NCBI RefSeq assembly: GCF_000245015.1
Contig: NZ_JH600070.1
Location: forward strand, 3,823,062-3,887,061
Direction: 5' to 3'
From: Beggiatoa alba B18LD
Lineage (GTDB): Bacteria > Pseudomonadota > Gammaproteobacteria > Beggiatoales > Beggiatoaceae
Length of the DNA stretch: 64,000 bases
Shown in pieces: positions 17,326-26,809 of the stretch (the first letter of the stretch is position 1; every line of letters starts with the position of its first letter). Made by a program: the position numbers and the translations under genes. The notes under the pieces are model-generated. The model searched no databases. It saw only the letters and a list, made by a program, of their open reading frames with translations, and was not told the origin of the DNA.

Positions 17326-18661
17326 GGCGTGTTATATTCAATTTAAGAAAATGTGTTGCACAGGAAATGCACGGGTCATAATTACGCACAATCATTTCAG
17401 CCCGTAAACGCAATGCTTCATCGCTATGCTGTAAGCCCATTTCCTCCAATGAATCGCGCAAATCCTCTTCAATACGCATTTGATTCTGACTGGTTGGCGG
17501 AACAATCTTGCAAGAAATCACTTCCCCCCGTTCATTTAATTCCCAACGTTGCCACAACATCCCACGTGGGGCTTCTGTACAACCATAGCCCACCCCAGCG
17601 CGGGGCGTAATATCAACATAAGGACGTTCAGGCACTTGATAATTTTCTAAAATCCGTAAGGCTTCCAACAAAGCAAAATGCACCTCAACCGCCCGCGCGA
17701 CAATGCTATGGAAAACGTTTTGACTCGGAAAACGAACCGCTGTTTGCTCCACATTAAAACGCACCGCAGCGGGCAACTGTGCATAATTCAAATTCACCCG
17801 CGCCAAAGGGCCCACTAAATAAGACTGCTCATTGCCTTGAGCATTACGTAAAGTAGAATGCAATGCCGTCGAATGCGGGACATGTAACTCAGTGAAATAC
17901 TGCTCATAATCCGCAATTGCGATATCTAACCCATCACTAGACACTAACCGCCCTTCGTTAAACGGATACTCTTGCGCGTGACGATTACAAACCGTTGTAA
18001 ATGACTGATGATAATCAGGTAATGCCAACGATGCCGTCCAACGGACTAAGGCTTCTGCATCGGGCAAGGCTTCTAAAATCTTCTGTTTTAACGCCGACAT
18101 CTGCGCAACAGTTGGCGCGTGATAAAAACCACCCACCCGCACCCCAACAGGATGCACCGACCGCCCGCCCAATAAACGAATAATATCATTACCAATATGT
18201 TGCAAGCGTAACCCACGTTTTAACGGCTCGCCATACTGCCCCGCCATCTCTAACGCACTTTTAAAGCCTAAAAAATCAGGCAAGGCTAACAAATGAATAT
18301 GCAAATTATGACTTTCTAACCACTCCCCACAATACAACAAACGGCGCATTTCCCGCGCCCAAGGCGAGATATTCACCTGAAAAATTGACTCAATCGCATG
18401 AACCGCACTCATCTGATACGCAACGGGACAAATCCCACAAATTCGCGCCACAATATCAAGCACCTGCTCAAATGTTCGCCCCTCTAAAAACTTCTCAAAA
18501 TAACGCGGTGGCTCAAAAATCCGCAATTTTAAATCCGTAATTTTGCCATCCTTCACCACCAAATCGAGACCCCCCTCCCCCTCTACTCGAGTTAAAGCAG
18601 GCACGGTAATGGTTAAACTGCGCTGACTGGTCGAAACGGCTGAAAAAGTAGAATCACTCAT
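17315..18661 (-). CDS. [NiFe] hydrogenase large (alpha) subunit
   Basis: 448 aa with an N-terminal RICGICPVAY (RxCGxC) and a C-terminal DPCISCATH (DPCxxCxxH) nickel-site motif. Confidence 0.8.
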   Translation of the reverse strand: MSDSTFSAVSTSQRSLTITVPALTRVEGEGGLDLVVKDGKITDLKLRIFEPPRYFEKFLEGRTFEQVLDIVARICGICPVAYQMSAVHAIESIFQVNISPWAREMRRLLYCGEWLESHNLHIHLLALPDFLGFKSALEMAGQYGEPLKRGLRLQHIGNDIIRLLGGRSVHPVGVRVGGFYHAPTVAQMSALKQKILEALPDAEALVRWTASLALPDYHQSFTTVCNRHAQEYPFNEGRLVSSDGLDIAIADYEQYFTELHVPHSTALHSTLRNAQGNEQSYLVGPLARVNLNYAQLPAAVRFNVEQTAVRFPSQNVFHSIVARAVEVHFALLEALRILENYQVPERPYVDITPRAGVGYGCTEAPRGMLWQRWELNERGEVISCKIVPPTSQNQMRIEEDLRDSLEEMGLQHSDEALRLRAEMIVRNYDPCISCATHFLKLNITRHAS

Positions 18662-19467
18662 AAATTCTTAGCCTCCTGAGTGGCTCGCGCAAACGCGGGA
18701 GATTGATTATTAAACAACGCAAACCGCTGAGAAATTACCGATGGACTCACTCCAAGCAGCTGAAACTGCTGGATTAATGCCTGCGTATTCACATTCTCCG
18801 CAGGCCCATAACATGCATAACAATCCCGTGACTGATGCGGACACAACACCCCGCACCCCGTGCGCGTTACCGCCCCCATACAAGGCAATTGCTGTGTCAC
18901 CATCACACACGCCTTACCCGACCGCTTACACTCCGCGCATAACTTATCTTGGTCACGCGGAGGCTCTACCCCAAACAACAACGCTCGAATCGCACTTAAC
19001 AACTGAAAACTATTAATCGGACAACCCTGTAACTCAAAATCCACTCGCACATGCTGGGCTAAAGACGTAGCCGTTGCCAACGACTCAATCGCCTCAGGAT
19101 GCTGATAAACGGCACGAGTCCATGCAGGCACATCCTGCCCATTCCGCAACGCCTGAATCCCACCAGCAATTGCACACGCACCGATAGCGATTAAATAGCG
19201 ACTATTCTGACGCACAGCTTTAATCCGCTCTGCCTCCTCAGGTGTAGAAATACTCCCTTCTACAAAGGCAATATCGACTGCTCGTTCAGGCTGATTCGCC
19301 CCAGCCTCCACAAAATGCACAATATCGACCAACTCAGTGAGTTTAATCAACGTTTCTCCCAAATTTAAAAACGCCAACTGACAACCATCACAGGAACTAA
19401 ACTTATGCACTGCAACCGTTGGTCGCTCATACTGAGACTGCAACCTCGTCATGACACTCATTGTCAC
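18658..19467 (-). CDS. [NiFe] hydrogenase small (delta) subunit
   Basis: 269 aa. SSCDGCQ in the N-terminal part plus further Cys ligands. First gene of the operon. Confidence 0.7.
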   Translation of the reverse strand: MTMSVMTRLQSQYERPTVAVHKFSSCDGCQLAFLNLGETLIKLTELVDIVHFVEAGANQPERAVDIAFVEGSISTPEEAERIKAVRQNSRYLIAIGACAIAGGIQALRNGQDVPAWTRAVYQHPEAIESLATATSLAQHVRVDFELQGCPINSFQLLSAIRALLFGVEPPRDQDKLCAECKRSGKACVMVTQQLPCMGAVTRTGCGVLCPHQSRDCYACYGPAENVNTQALIQQFQLLGVSPSVISQRFALFNNQSPAFARATQEAKNL

Positions 19468-19642
19468 GCCTCCTTTTAGATGATTTACACTAAAATACAG
19501 ACTTATTATGTACAGGATTCACGCAGAGAACTTTAGGAAAGGTTAAGTTTTTTCTTGTATTTCATCAGTTCACTTAGAAAAAATTATTATCTCACCTGCT
19601 AAAATAATAATACGTTTAAATAAGGCTTTTAATTAAAAGAAA

Positions 19643-20608
19643 ATGGACTTAAAAAATTATTTACAAAAATTTACCCATCTTGGCATTGATAAAAGTAAAC
19701 GGAAAACCATGGGCGGAGATGCCCCCCATAAACCACTGTTATTGCTCTCTATTATAGAACTGATAAACAAAGGACAAATTCAACAAAATCAGATAACACT
19801 CAGTCCTGAACTTATCGCCACCTTTAAAGAAAATTGGTTACTATTAGTGACAACAAAACATACCTGTCAATTGATATACCCTTTTTTTTACTTAAAAAAT
19901 GATGGTTTTTGGCAATTAATTCCGAAACCAGATTGCACACAAGAATTACAAACCGTTGTTCGTTTTAGTTTTAATAGCTTAAATGCAATAGTGGCGTATG
20001 CTGAGTTAGAGTCTGATTTATTTCAGCTTTTACTTAATCCAAATAGTCGCTATGAGTTACAGCATTGTTTATTAACACAATACTTTCCTGAAACCATGGC
20101 GTTATATCTGAACAAAGCACAGAATAAAAATAATTATTTAGAACAATTAGAAACAAAGATGATTCAAGAATCAGCCACTGAATATCGAATTGCGTCTGAA
20201 GCCTTAAAAGACGAAGAAGAGATTTTTTTACGTAGCCAGACTTTTAAAAAGCTGATTCCGCGTTTATACAACGATACTTGTTGTATCTCTGGCTGGCGGT
20301 TGGACAACCTATGGAATTTACAGATGATAGATGCTTGTCATATTATCCCTTTCAGTATTTCACATGATGATACGGTCAGTAATGGGATTGCTTTATGTCC
20401 GAACCTGCATCGAGCATTTGATAGAGGATTATTGACGATAGACAATGATTTTAAAGTAAAGATTTCGCCTTATTTGGCTGAAAACACCAATACAAATTAT
20501 GGTATTAAACAATTTGCCAATCAGGCGATTTTATTGCCAAGTGATGCTTTATTTTATCCCCGATTAGATAATTTAAAGTGGCATCAAGAAAATGTGTTTA
20601 GAGCATAA
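19643..20608 (+). CDS. HNH endonuclease, COG3440-like putative restriction enzyme
   Basis: 321 aa with an N-terminal APHKPLLLLSIIE-type domain and a C-terminal HNH motif CCISGW...ACHIIPFS...NGIALCPNLHRAFD. A strongly AT-rich single-gene insert. Confidence 0.65.
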   Translation: MDLKNYLQKFTHLGIDKSKRKTMGGDAPHKPLLLLSIIELINKGQIQQNQITLSPELIATFKENWLLLVTTKHTCQLIYPFFYLKNDGFWQLIPKPDCTQELQTVVRFSFNSLNAIVAYAELESDLFQLLLNPNSRYELQHCLLTQYFPETMALYLNKAQNKNNYLEQLETKMIQESATEYRIASEALKDEEEIFLRSQTFKKLIPRLYNDTCCISGWRLDNLWNLQMIDACHIIPFSISHDDTVSNGIALCPNLHRAFDRGLLTIDNDFKVKISPYLAENTNTNYGIKQFANQAILLPSDALFYPRLDNLKWHQENVFRA

Positions 20609-20630
20609 CTCACGAAATCAACAGTCGTTA

Positions 20631-22799
20631 TTATTCCACCCACTGCAACACTACCCCCGCCAGTGGTGGCAATGTTAATTCAATACTATACGTTTCGCCC
20701 ATCCATGCGATAGCTTCTGCGGTTAATTCGCCATTTCCTACATTACTACCTTGATAATATTCGGAATCAGAGTTGAAAATTTCTTGATACGTTCCCGCTT
20801 GCGCAACGCCAATGCGGTAATGATGGCGCGGGATAGGGGTGAAATTTAAGACGATGATTAATTGTGATTCGCCTGCACAGCGTTTATAGGCTATCACTGA
20901 TTGTGCGCTGTCGTGGCAGTCTATCCATGCAAAGCCTTGGCGGTCAAAATCTAATTGATGGAGTGCTGGAGATTGGCAATATAAGTGATTTAAATCTTTG
21001 ACTAAGGTTTGTATGCCTTGATGATAGGGGATGTTTAATAATTCCCAATCTAATGCCCGCGATTCGCTCCATTCACGCCCTTGTGCAAATTCACAGCCCA
21101 TGAATAATAATTTCTTGCCTGAATATGTCCATAAATAGGTATATAGCAAGCGTAAATTCGCAAATTTTTGCCACGTATCGCCCGCCATTTTGTCCAATAG
21201 TGAGCGTTTTCCATGGACAACTTCATCATGGGAAAAAGGTAACACAAAGTTTTCACTAAAGGCGTAAAGCATTCCAAAGGTTAGCAATTGATGGTGATAA
21301 CTTCGATAAATTGGGTCTTGGCTGAAATAATTAAGCGTGTCGTGCATCCAGCCCATATTCCACTTCATGCTAAAGCCTAAACCGCCAACCCATGTCGGAC
21401 GGGTCACTTGCGCCCAACTGGTGGATTCTTCAGCAATCATTAGAGTGCCGATACATTCCGCATGGGTAATGCTGTTTAATTCACGTAAGAATTCAATGGC
21501 TTCAATATGTTCATTACCGCCGTAAGCATTGGGCAACCATTCACCTGCTTTGCGGGAGTAGTCTAAATATAACATTGAGGCAACAGCATCGACACGTAAG
21601 CCATCAATATGAAATTCTTTCAGCCAATACAGGGCATTGGAGATTAAAAAACTGCGCACTTCATGGCGGGCATAATTAAAAACGTATGTCCCCCATTCTT
21701 TATGCTCGCCTTTGCGTGGGTCGGCGTATTCGTATAGGGCTGTGCCGTCGAATTGGGCGAGTCCGTGCGCATCTTTGGGAAAATGTCCCGCGACCCAATC
21801 TAATAACACGCCGATTTGATGTTGATGGCAGTAATCGACGAAGTAGCGGAAGTCGTCAGGTGAACCAAATCGGCTGGTTGGGGCATAAAATCCCGTGACT
21901 TGATAACCCCATGAAGGGTCATAAGGATGTTCGGCAATGGGGAGTAATTCGATATGTGTAAAGCCTAATTCACGCACATAAGCGACTAAACGCGGGGCTA
22001 ATTCACGATAAGATAAAAATTCGCCTGTTTCTGTGCGTTGCCATGAGCCTAAATGTACTTCGTAGATACTCATAGGACGCTTTAGCCATTGATTTTGTGC
22101 GCGTTCTGCGAGCCATTGTGCATCTTGCCATTGGTGTTGCGTTGGCGGAACAACATAGCAAGCGGTGCGGGGACGTTGTTCTAAACCTTGCGCGTAAGGG
22201 TCAGCTTTTAATGTAATTTGCCCTGTTCCACGCTGACGAATTTCAAATTTATATAAACTTTCAACGGGTAAATCAGGGATAAATAACTCCCACACGCCAC
22301 TATTGCCCCGTACCCGCATCGGGTGCACGCGCCCATCCCATTGATTAAAATCACCAACAACACTCACCCGTTCTGCATGAGGCGACCAAACCGCAAATAA
22401 AACGCCTGTAACACCGTCGATAATGCGCGGATGCGCCCCTAAAAACGTATAAGCATGGCGATGTTTCCCTTCATTAAACAAATGCAAATCAAATTCGCTT
22501 AATTGTGGTGGAAAACAATAAGGGTCATATTGCTCATGCCATTGTCCCAACGTATCGCACCAACGAATTTTATAGATACTTGATACTGCATGAGGATTGC
22601 CCACCCATTCAAAAAAATCGGTATTTTCTAAACGGGTTAATGCCAATTGCGCGGGTAAAATCTGCACCACTTGCGCCTGTGGTAACAACACGCGGATAGA
22701 ACACTTTTTACCCTGCACATGCCGTCCTAAGACTGCAAACGGGTCATGATGTGACGCAGATAAAATCCGCTGAATATCCGTTGTGATTCCTGTCGTCAT
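20631..22799 (-). CDS. glgB: 1,4-alpha-glucan branching enzyme
   Basis: GH13 motifs ([25 protein letters not shown]). The likely start is M at 22799 (MTTGITT), downstream of the rsmA stop. The ORF-track start at 22856 overlaps rsmA. Confidence 0.85.
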   Translation of the reverse strand: MTTGITTDIQRILSASHHDPFAVLGRHVQGKKCSIRVLLPQAQVVQILPAQLALTRLENTDFFEWVGNPHAVSSIYKIRWCDTLGQWHEQYDPYCFPPQLSEFDLHLFNEGKHRHAYTFLGAHPRIIDGVTGVLFAVWSPHAERVSVVGDFNQWDGRVHPMRVRGNSGVWELFIPDLPVESLYKFEIRQRGTGQITLKADPYAQGLEQRPRTACYVVPPTQHQWQDAQWLAERAQNQWLKRPMSIYEVHLGSWQRTETGEFLSYRELAPRLVAYVRELGFTHIELLPIAEHPYDPSWGYQVTGFYAPTSRFGSPDDFRYFVDYCHQHQIGVLLDWVAGHFPKDAHGLAQFDGTALYEYADPRKGEHKEWGTYVFNYARHEVRSFLISNALYWLKEFHIDGLRVDAVASMLYLDYSRKAGEWLPNAYGGNEHIEAIEFLRELNSITHAECIGTLMIAEESTSWAQVTRPTWVGGLGFSMKWNMGWMHDTLNYFSQDPIYRSYHHQLLTFGMLYAFSENFVLPFSHDEVVHGKRSLLDKMAGDTWQKFANLRLLYTYLWTYSGKKLLFMGCEFAQGREWSESRALDWELLNIPYHQGIQTLVKDLNHLYCQSPALHQLDFDRQGFAWIDCHDSAQSVIAYKRCAGESQLIIVLNFTPIPRHHYRIGVAQAGTYQEIFNSDSEYYQGSNVGNGELTAEAIAWMGETYSIELTLPPLAGVVLQWVE

Positions 22800-22836
22800 G
22801 GCAATGAATCCATCCCTTTGGCAAATTTTATAACGA

Positions 22837-23637
22837 TTATATAGAAGCCTGCACAATATTCGCTAAACGCACAAAATCCGCAACGCTTAACGTTTCCGCT
22901 CGTATTTGCGGGTCTATCTCTGCCTGCTGAATTTGCGCATCAGATAACAGACTTTTTAAATTATTCCGTAAGGTCTTCCGTCGTTGTGCAAACGCGCTCG
23001 TAATCACTCGCTGAAATATCGCCTCATCATTCGCAGGATAAGGCAATGTCTGATAAGGGATTAACTGCACAATACTCGATTCAACTTTCGGCGCAGGCGT
23101 AAACGACCCCGCACCAACATTAAATAACTTTTCTACATGACAACGATACTGCAAAGCCACCGACAACCGCCCATAATCCGCGCTATCAGGTTCAGCCGTC
23201 ATACGGTCAACCACCTCTTTTTGCAACATAAACAACATATCACTAACAACAGGCGCGAAACTTAACAAATGAAATAACAACGGCGTAGAAATGTTATACG
23301 GCAAATTACCAATAATCCGCAAAGATTGACCTGCCTGCGCCAATTCGCCAAAATCAAAGCGCAACGCATCCGCCTGATACAAACGCAACTCACCCAATTT
23401 AGCACAAGCCTGTTGCAATAAACTGGCTAAATCTCTATCTATCTCAACAACGGTCAACTGCCCCAAGATTTCCAACAAGGGTAAAGTCAACGCCCCCCGC
23501 CCCGCGCCAATTTCGACAACTGACTGACCAGCACGCGGCGCAAAAGACTGGATAATTCGTTGAATTACATAAGTATCATGTAAAAAATTCTGTCCGAACC
23601 GTTTACGCGGTTGCGGGAACATATTGGACTGGCTCAT
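22837..23637 (-). CDS. rsmA: 16S rRNA (adenine1518/1519-N6)-dimethyltransferase
   Basis: [21 protein letters not shown] and [11 protein letters not shown] motifs. Start chosen at MSQSN (23637). Confidence 0.85.
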   Translation of the reverse strand: MSQSNMFPQPRKRFGQNFLHDTYVIQRIIQSFAPRAGQSVVEIGAGRGALTLPLLEILGQLTVVEIDRDLASLLQQACAKLGELRLYQADALRFDFGELAQAGQSLRIIGNLPYNISTPLLFHLLSFAPVVSDMLFMLQKEVVDRMTAEPDSADYGRLSVALQYRCHVEKLFNVGAGSFTPAPKVESSIVQLIPYQTLPYPANDEAIFQRVITSAFAQRRKTLRNNLKSLLSDAQIQQAEIDPQIRAETLSVADFVRLANIVQASI

Positions 23638-23694
23638 AACAATCACTTTAATTGCACACACGCATTATTTTTAATCAAAATTGAGAAACACATT

Positions 23695-24525
23695 ATGACA
23701 CAAACCACCCTCCCACCGACTGCCCCACTCGTCATGGGTATCTTAAATGTTACGCCCGACTCCTTCTCTGATGGCGGTAAATACACAATCAAAGACAACG
23801 CCCTACGCCAAGCCGAACAACTCATTAAAGAAGGTGCGCAAATTTTAGATATTGGTGGCGAATCTACCCGCCCCAACGCCCAACCCGTCGAAGAACAAGA
23901 AGAACTTGCCCGCGTCATGCCGATTATCGAAGCCGTTTTAGCAGAATTTCCTATTCTCGTTTCCGTCGATACCTATAAAGCCAATGTGATGCGTGCCGCG
24001 ATACAAGCAGGCGTGCAGATTATCAACGACATCGCCGCCCTTACTGAAACAGACAGTTTACAAGCTGTTGCCGAATCACCCAACGTGACTGTTTGCCTGA
24101 TGCACAAACAAGGCACACCACAAACCATGCAAATTAATCCTACCTACGAAGACGTAAGTCGTGAAGTCTGCGACTACCTTCAAGCCCGCGCTCAAGCCTG
24201 TTTAGACGCAGGCATTGCCAAAGAACGCATCTGGCTCGACCCTGGATTTGGGTTTGGTAAAACCCCTGAACACAACTTACAACTGATGAACCGATTAGAA
24301 CAACTCACCGCCTTAAACTACCCTGTACTTATTGGCGTATCGCGTAAATCGTTACTCGGCGCGGTGTTGCATAAACCCGTCACAGAACGACTTTATGGCA
24401 GTTTAGCCCTTGCCGTATTAGCGTTAAGCAAAGGCGCGAAAATCATCCGCACTCACGACGTAGCAGCAACGGTGGACATCGTTAAAACAACTTACGCAGT
24501 CTTACAAGAAAAGACAGGAGATTAA
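23695..24525 (+). CDS. folP: Dihydropteroate synthase
   Basis: VMGILNVTPDSFSDGG and DIGGESTRP motifs. Start chosen at MTQTT (23695). Confidence 0.85.
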   Translation: MTQTTLPPTAPLVMGILNVTPDSFSDGGKYTIKDNALRQAEQLIKEGAQILDIGGESTRPNAQPVEEQEELARVMPIIEAVLAEFPILVSVDTYKANVMRAAIQAGVQIINDIAALTETDSLQAVAESPNVTVCLMHKQGTPQTMQINPTYEDVSREVCDYLQARAQACLDAGIAKERIWLDPGFGFGKTPEHNLQLMNRLEQLTALNYPVLIGVSRKSLLGAVLHKPVTERLYGSLALAVLALSKGAKIIRTHDVAATVDIVKTTYAVLQEKTGD

Positions 24526-24528
24526 AAA

Positions 24529-24729
24529 ATGGCAACCCGAAAAACAGCAAATACAAACAGCTATAAAACAAACTATGACAAACTAAAAACCATCGCCGAC
24601 ACCATGCGCGAAACTGAAAACATAGACATAGACCAACTGATACCCCTCGTAGAAGAAGCCAGCAAAGCCTATAAAGTCTGTCAAGAACGGATTGAAGCGG
24701 TAGAAAAGGTATTGAAGGGGGTGGAGTAA
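24529..24729 (+). CDS. xseB: Exodeoxyribonuclease VII small subunit
   Basis: 66 aa with the XseB-like pattern NYDKLKTIADTMRETENIDIDQLIPLVEEASKAYKVCQERIEAVEKVL. A terminator hairpin follows at 24738-24775. Confidence 0.55.
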   Translation: MATRKTANTNSYKTNYDKLKTIADTMRETENIDIDQLIPLVEEASKAYKVCQERIEAVEKVLKGVE

Positions 24730-24832
24730 AGAAGAAACCCCCACCTAAAAATAGGATGGGGTTTCGTTTTTCATCGATAAAAACAATAGGGTTAACCTGA
24801 GTTAGGCAAGATTCTTTTAAAAAGATAACAGC

Positions 24833-24959
24833 TTATCTGAATCAGAATTCACAGGATTTTCAGGATTAGCAGGATTAAAAAGCGTGATCCACCTGACTTT
24901 TTGGTTTGAGGGTTTTAAATCCTGCTAATCCTGTGAATCCTGAAAATCCTGATTCAGAC
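24833..24959. repeat. MITE-like element copy 1
   Basis: TIRs tctgaatcagaattcacaggattttcaggattagcaggatt and aatcctgctaatcctgtgaatcctgaaaatcctgattcaga are built from NCAG(G/A)ATT units. The core is aaaaagcgtgatccac. Confidence 0.6.
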
Positions 24960-24971
24960 AATGTTTTAATC

Positions 24972-25112
24972 TTGTCTAATGAATCACGATGAAAAACAAG
25001 AGAGTAGTCTCTGCCAGTCCTTCAACCCTTTTCGCGTGTTCCGACAGACCTGCTAGGTTTTCAAAACCTAGCAGGTCTCTGTTTTATTTTATAAAACTCG
25101 CCGAACTCAGGT
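24972..25112. repeat. ~140-bp G repeat containing the 33-bp perfect hairpin palindrome (25046-25078) and ending in the 22-bp A module (25088-25109)
   Basis: Near-identical to 62784-62925. The palindrome is agacctgctaggtttt-c-aaaacctagcaggtct. Confidence 0.6.
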
Positions 25113-25194
25113 TAGTTTAGTATTTACTAAAAAAATAAAAATTAGTAGTCTAGTTGTATAGGTACGAATGTATTAGGTCGAAAAATACAATACA

Positions 25195-26583
25195 GTGGTT
25201 ACAATGAAAATTCCTGAAAGCCCGCCGCCGTTTGAAAAATTTTTTAATCAAAAAGATATGACGAAAATCATATCTATTATCACGAATGCAAAAGTAGGTC
25301 CTGAAGACATCAAAGGGCGTTATTTGCATTGGGAAAAACTCAAGCATCTGATACCCCCTGAGGGATTAACCAGCGAAGAATATTGGTTTGCCACTAAAAT
25401 CGCTAGGCAACATATCTCTAAAAAATTATCTTTTACAGATAAACACGGCAAGCCATTTTCATTTTGTGTGCCAGATAGTTTATATAAGGAGTTACATTGG
25501 TTAGATAAAAATGCAGCGGGCAGCATTATCATGAATCAGCCCATTACTAATCCACATACACGAGATACTTACTTAATAAGTTCTCTGATGGAGGAATCGA
25601 TTAGTTCAAGCCAGCTTGAAGGTGCATCAACCACTAGAAACGTTGCAAAGGAAATGTTGCGACAAGGGAGAGAACCTAAAGATCATAGTGAGAAAATGAT
25701 TTTTAATAATTATCAAGCGATGAGAGTTATTCGGGACTACAAAGAGGAAGATTTAACGCCCTCTTTAATTCTTCATCTGCATGAGGTACTGACAAAAGGG
25801 ACATTAGATAATCCAGAAAAAGCAGGCAAATTCAGAGATGAATCGGATGACATTCATGTGGTAGATGCCAGTAAAGTTGAAATACTGCATACACCACCCC
25901 GCGCCAACGAATTAGCAATGCGAATTCAGAAGCTTTGTGATTTTGCAAATAAGATACATGAAGACCCATTTATTCATCCAGTGATTCAGGCGATTATCCT
26001 ACATTTTATGATTGGTTATGATCATCCCTTTGTTGATGGAAATGGTAGAACTGCTAGAGCCTTATTTTATTGGGCAATGGCAAAACATGGTTATTGGTTA
26101 ATGGAGTTTGTATCGATTTCTAGCATTATTAAACAAGCACCTATTCAATATGGGAATGCCTATTTGCACACAGAAACAGATAATAATGATATGACTTACT
26201 TTCTAGTTCATCAGACTGGTGTGATTAGAAAAGGGATAAGTGCGTTACATGATTATTTGTCTAAGAAATCCTTAGAAATTGAAGAAGTAGAAAAATGGTT
26301 AGAAAATTCAGAGGCAAAAGGACAATTAAATCACAGACAATTGTCTTTATTAAAACATGCGTTAAAAAATCCAACCTTTATCTATCGTATCCAAGAACAT
26401 CAGGCATCCCATGCTATTAGTTACCAAACAGCAAGGACGGACTTATTAAAAATGTCAGATGATTTAAATTTACTGAGAAAAAGAAAATATGGTAACTCTT
26501 TCGTTTTTGTTGTTCCGCCAGATTTAAAAGATAAGTTGATTAATGGTAAAAGAAAGGGTAGTACTAAAGAAGCTGGGTTTTAG
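25195..26583 (+). CDS. fic: Fic-family protein (AMPylation-type Fic motif) with a C-terminal winged-helix-like domain
   Basis: Motif HPFVDGNGRTAR. 462 aa, strongly AT-rich, bracketed by inverted 22-bp A modules. Confidence 0.8.
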   Translation: MVTMKIPESPPPFEKFFNQKDMTKIISIITNAKVGPEDIKGRYLHWEKLKHLIPPEGLTSEEYWFATKIARQHISKKLSFTDKHGKPFSFCVPDSLYKELHWLDKNAAGSIIMNQPITNPHTRDTYLISSLMEESISSSQLEGASTTRNVAKEMLRQGREPKDHSEKMIFNNYQAMRVIRDYKEEDLTPSLILHLHEVLTKGTLDNPEKAGKFRDESDDIHVVDASKVEILHTPPRANELAMRIQKLCDFANKIHEDPFIHPVIQAIILHFMIGYDHPFVDGNGRTARALFYWAMAKHGYWLMEFVSISSIIKQAPIQYGNAYLHTETDNNDMTYFLVHQTGVIRKGISALHDYLSKKSLEIEEVEKWLENSEAKGQLNHRQLSLLKHALKNPTFIYRIQEHQASHAISYQTARTDLLKMSDDLNLLRKRKYGNSFVFVVPPDLKDKLINGKRKGSTKEAGF

Positions 26584-26590
26584 TCGTTAC

Positions 26591-26743
26591 TCTAACCTGA
26601 GTTCGGCGAGTTTCTATTAAAAAGACGACAGCTTGTCTGAATCAGAATTAACAGAATTTAAAACCCTTAAACCAAGAAATTAATGCGAATCACGCTTTTT
26701 AATCCTGCTAATTCTGAAAATTCTGTGAATTCTGATTCAGACA
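26591..26743. repeat. A module (inverted, 26591-26612), then the agacaa-cagc-ttgtct hairpin, then MITE-like copy 2 (26634-26743, opposite orientation)
   Basis: ctaacctgagttcggcgagttt is the reverse complement of 25088-25109. The MITE TIRs are gtctgaatcagaattaacagaatt and aattctgtgaattctgattcagac. Confidence 0.6.
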
Positions 26744-26809
26744 AAAAAAGACCTACTAGGTTTTCACTTAAATTTAAACCACTTTATGATACGTTTACTA
26801 TAGTTAAAC

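Noticed and set aside
14877-18183. Several 60-100 aa ORFs on both strands inside the hydrogenase operon (for example 14877-15071, 15279-15536, 15982-16245, 16911-17213, 17353-17610, 18001-18183, 18741-19016)
   Set aside because: They overlap long, motif-supported hydrogenase genes in other frames. These are shadow ORFs common in GC-richer coding DNA.
22799-22856. glgB start at 22856 overlapping rsmA by 20 nt
   Set aside because: The N-terminal extension [19 protein letters not shown] is not GlgB-like. The internal M at 22799 gives a conventional N-terminus and removes the overlap.
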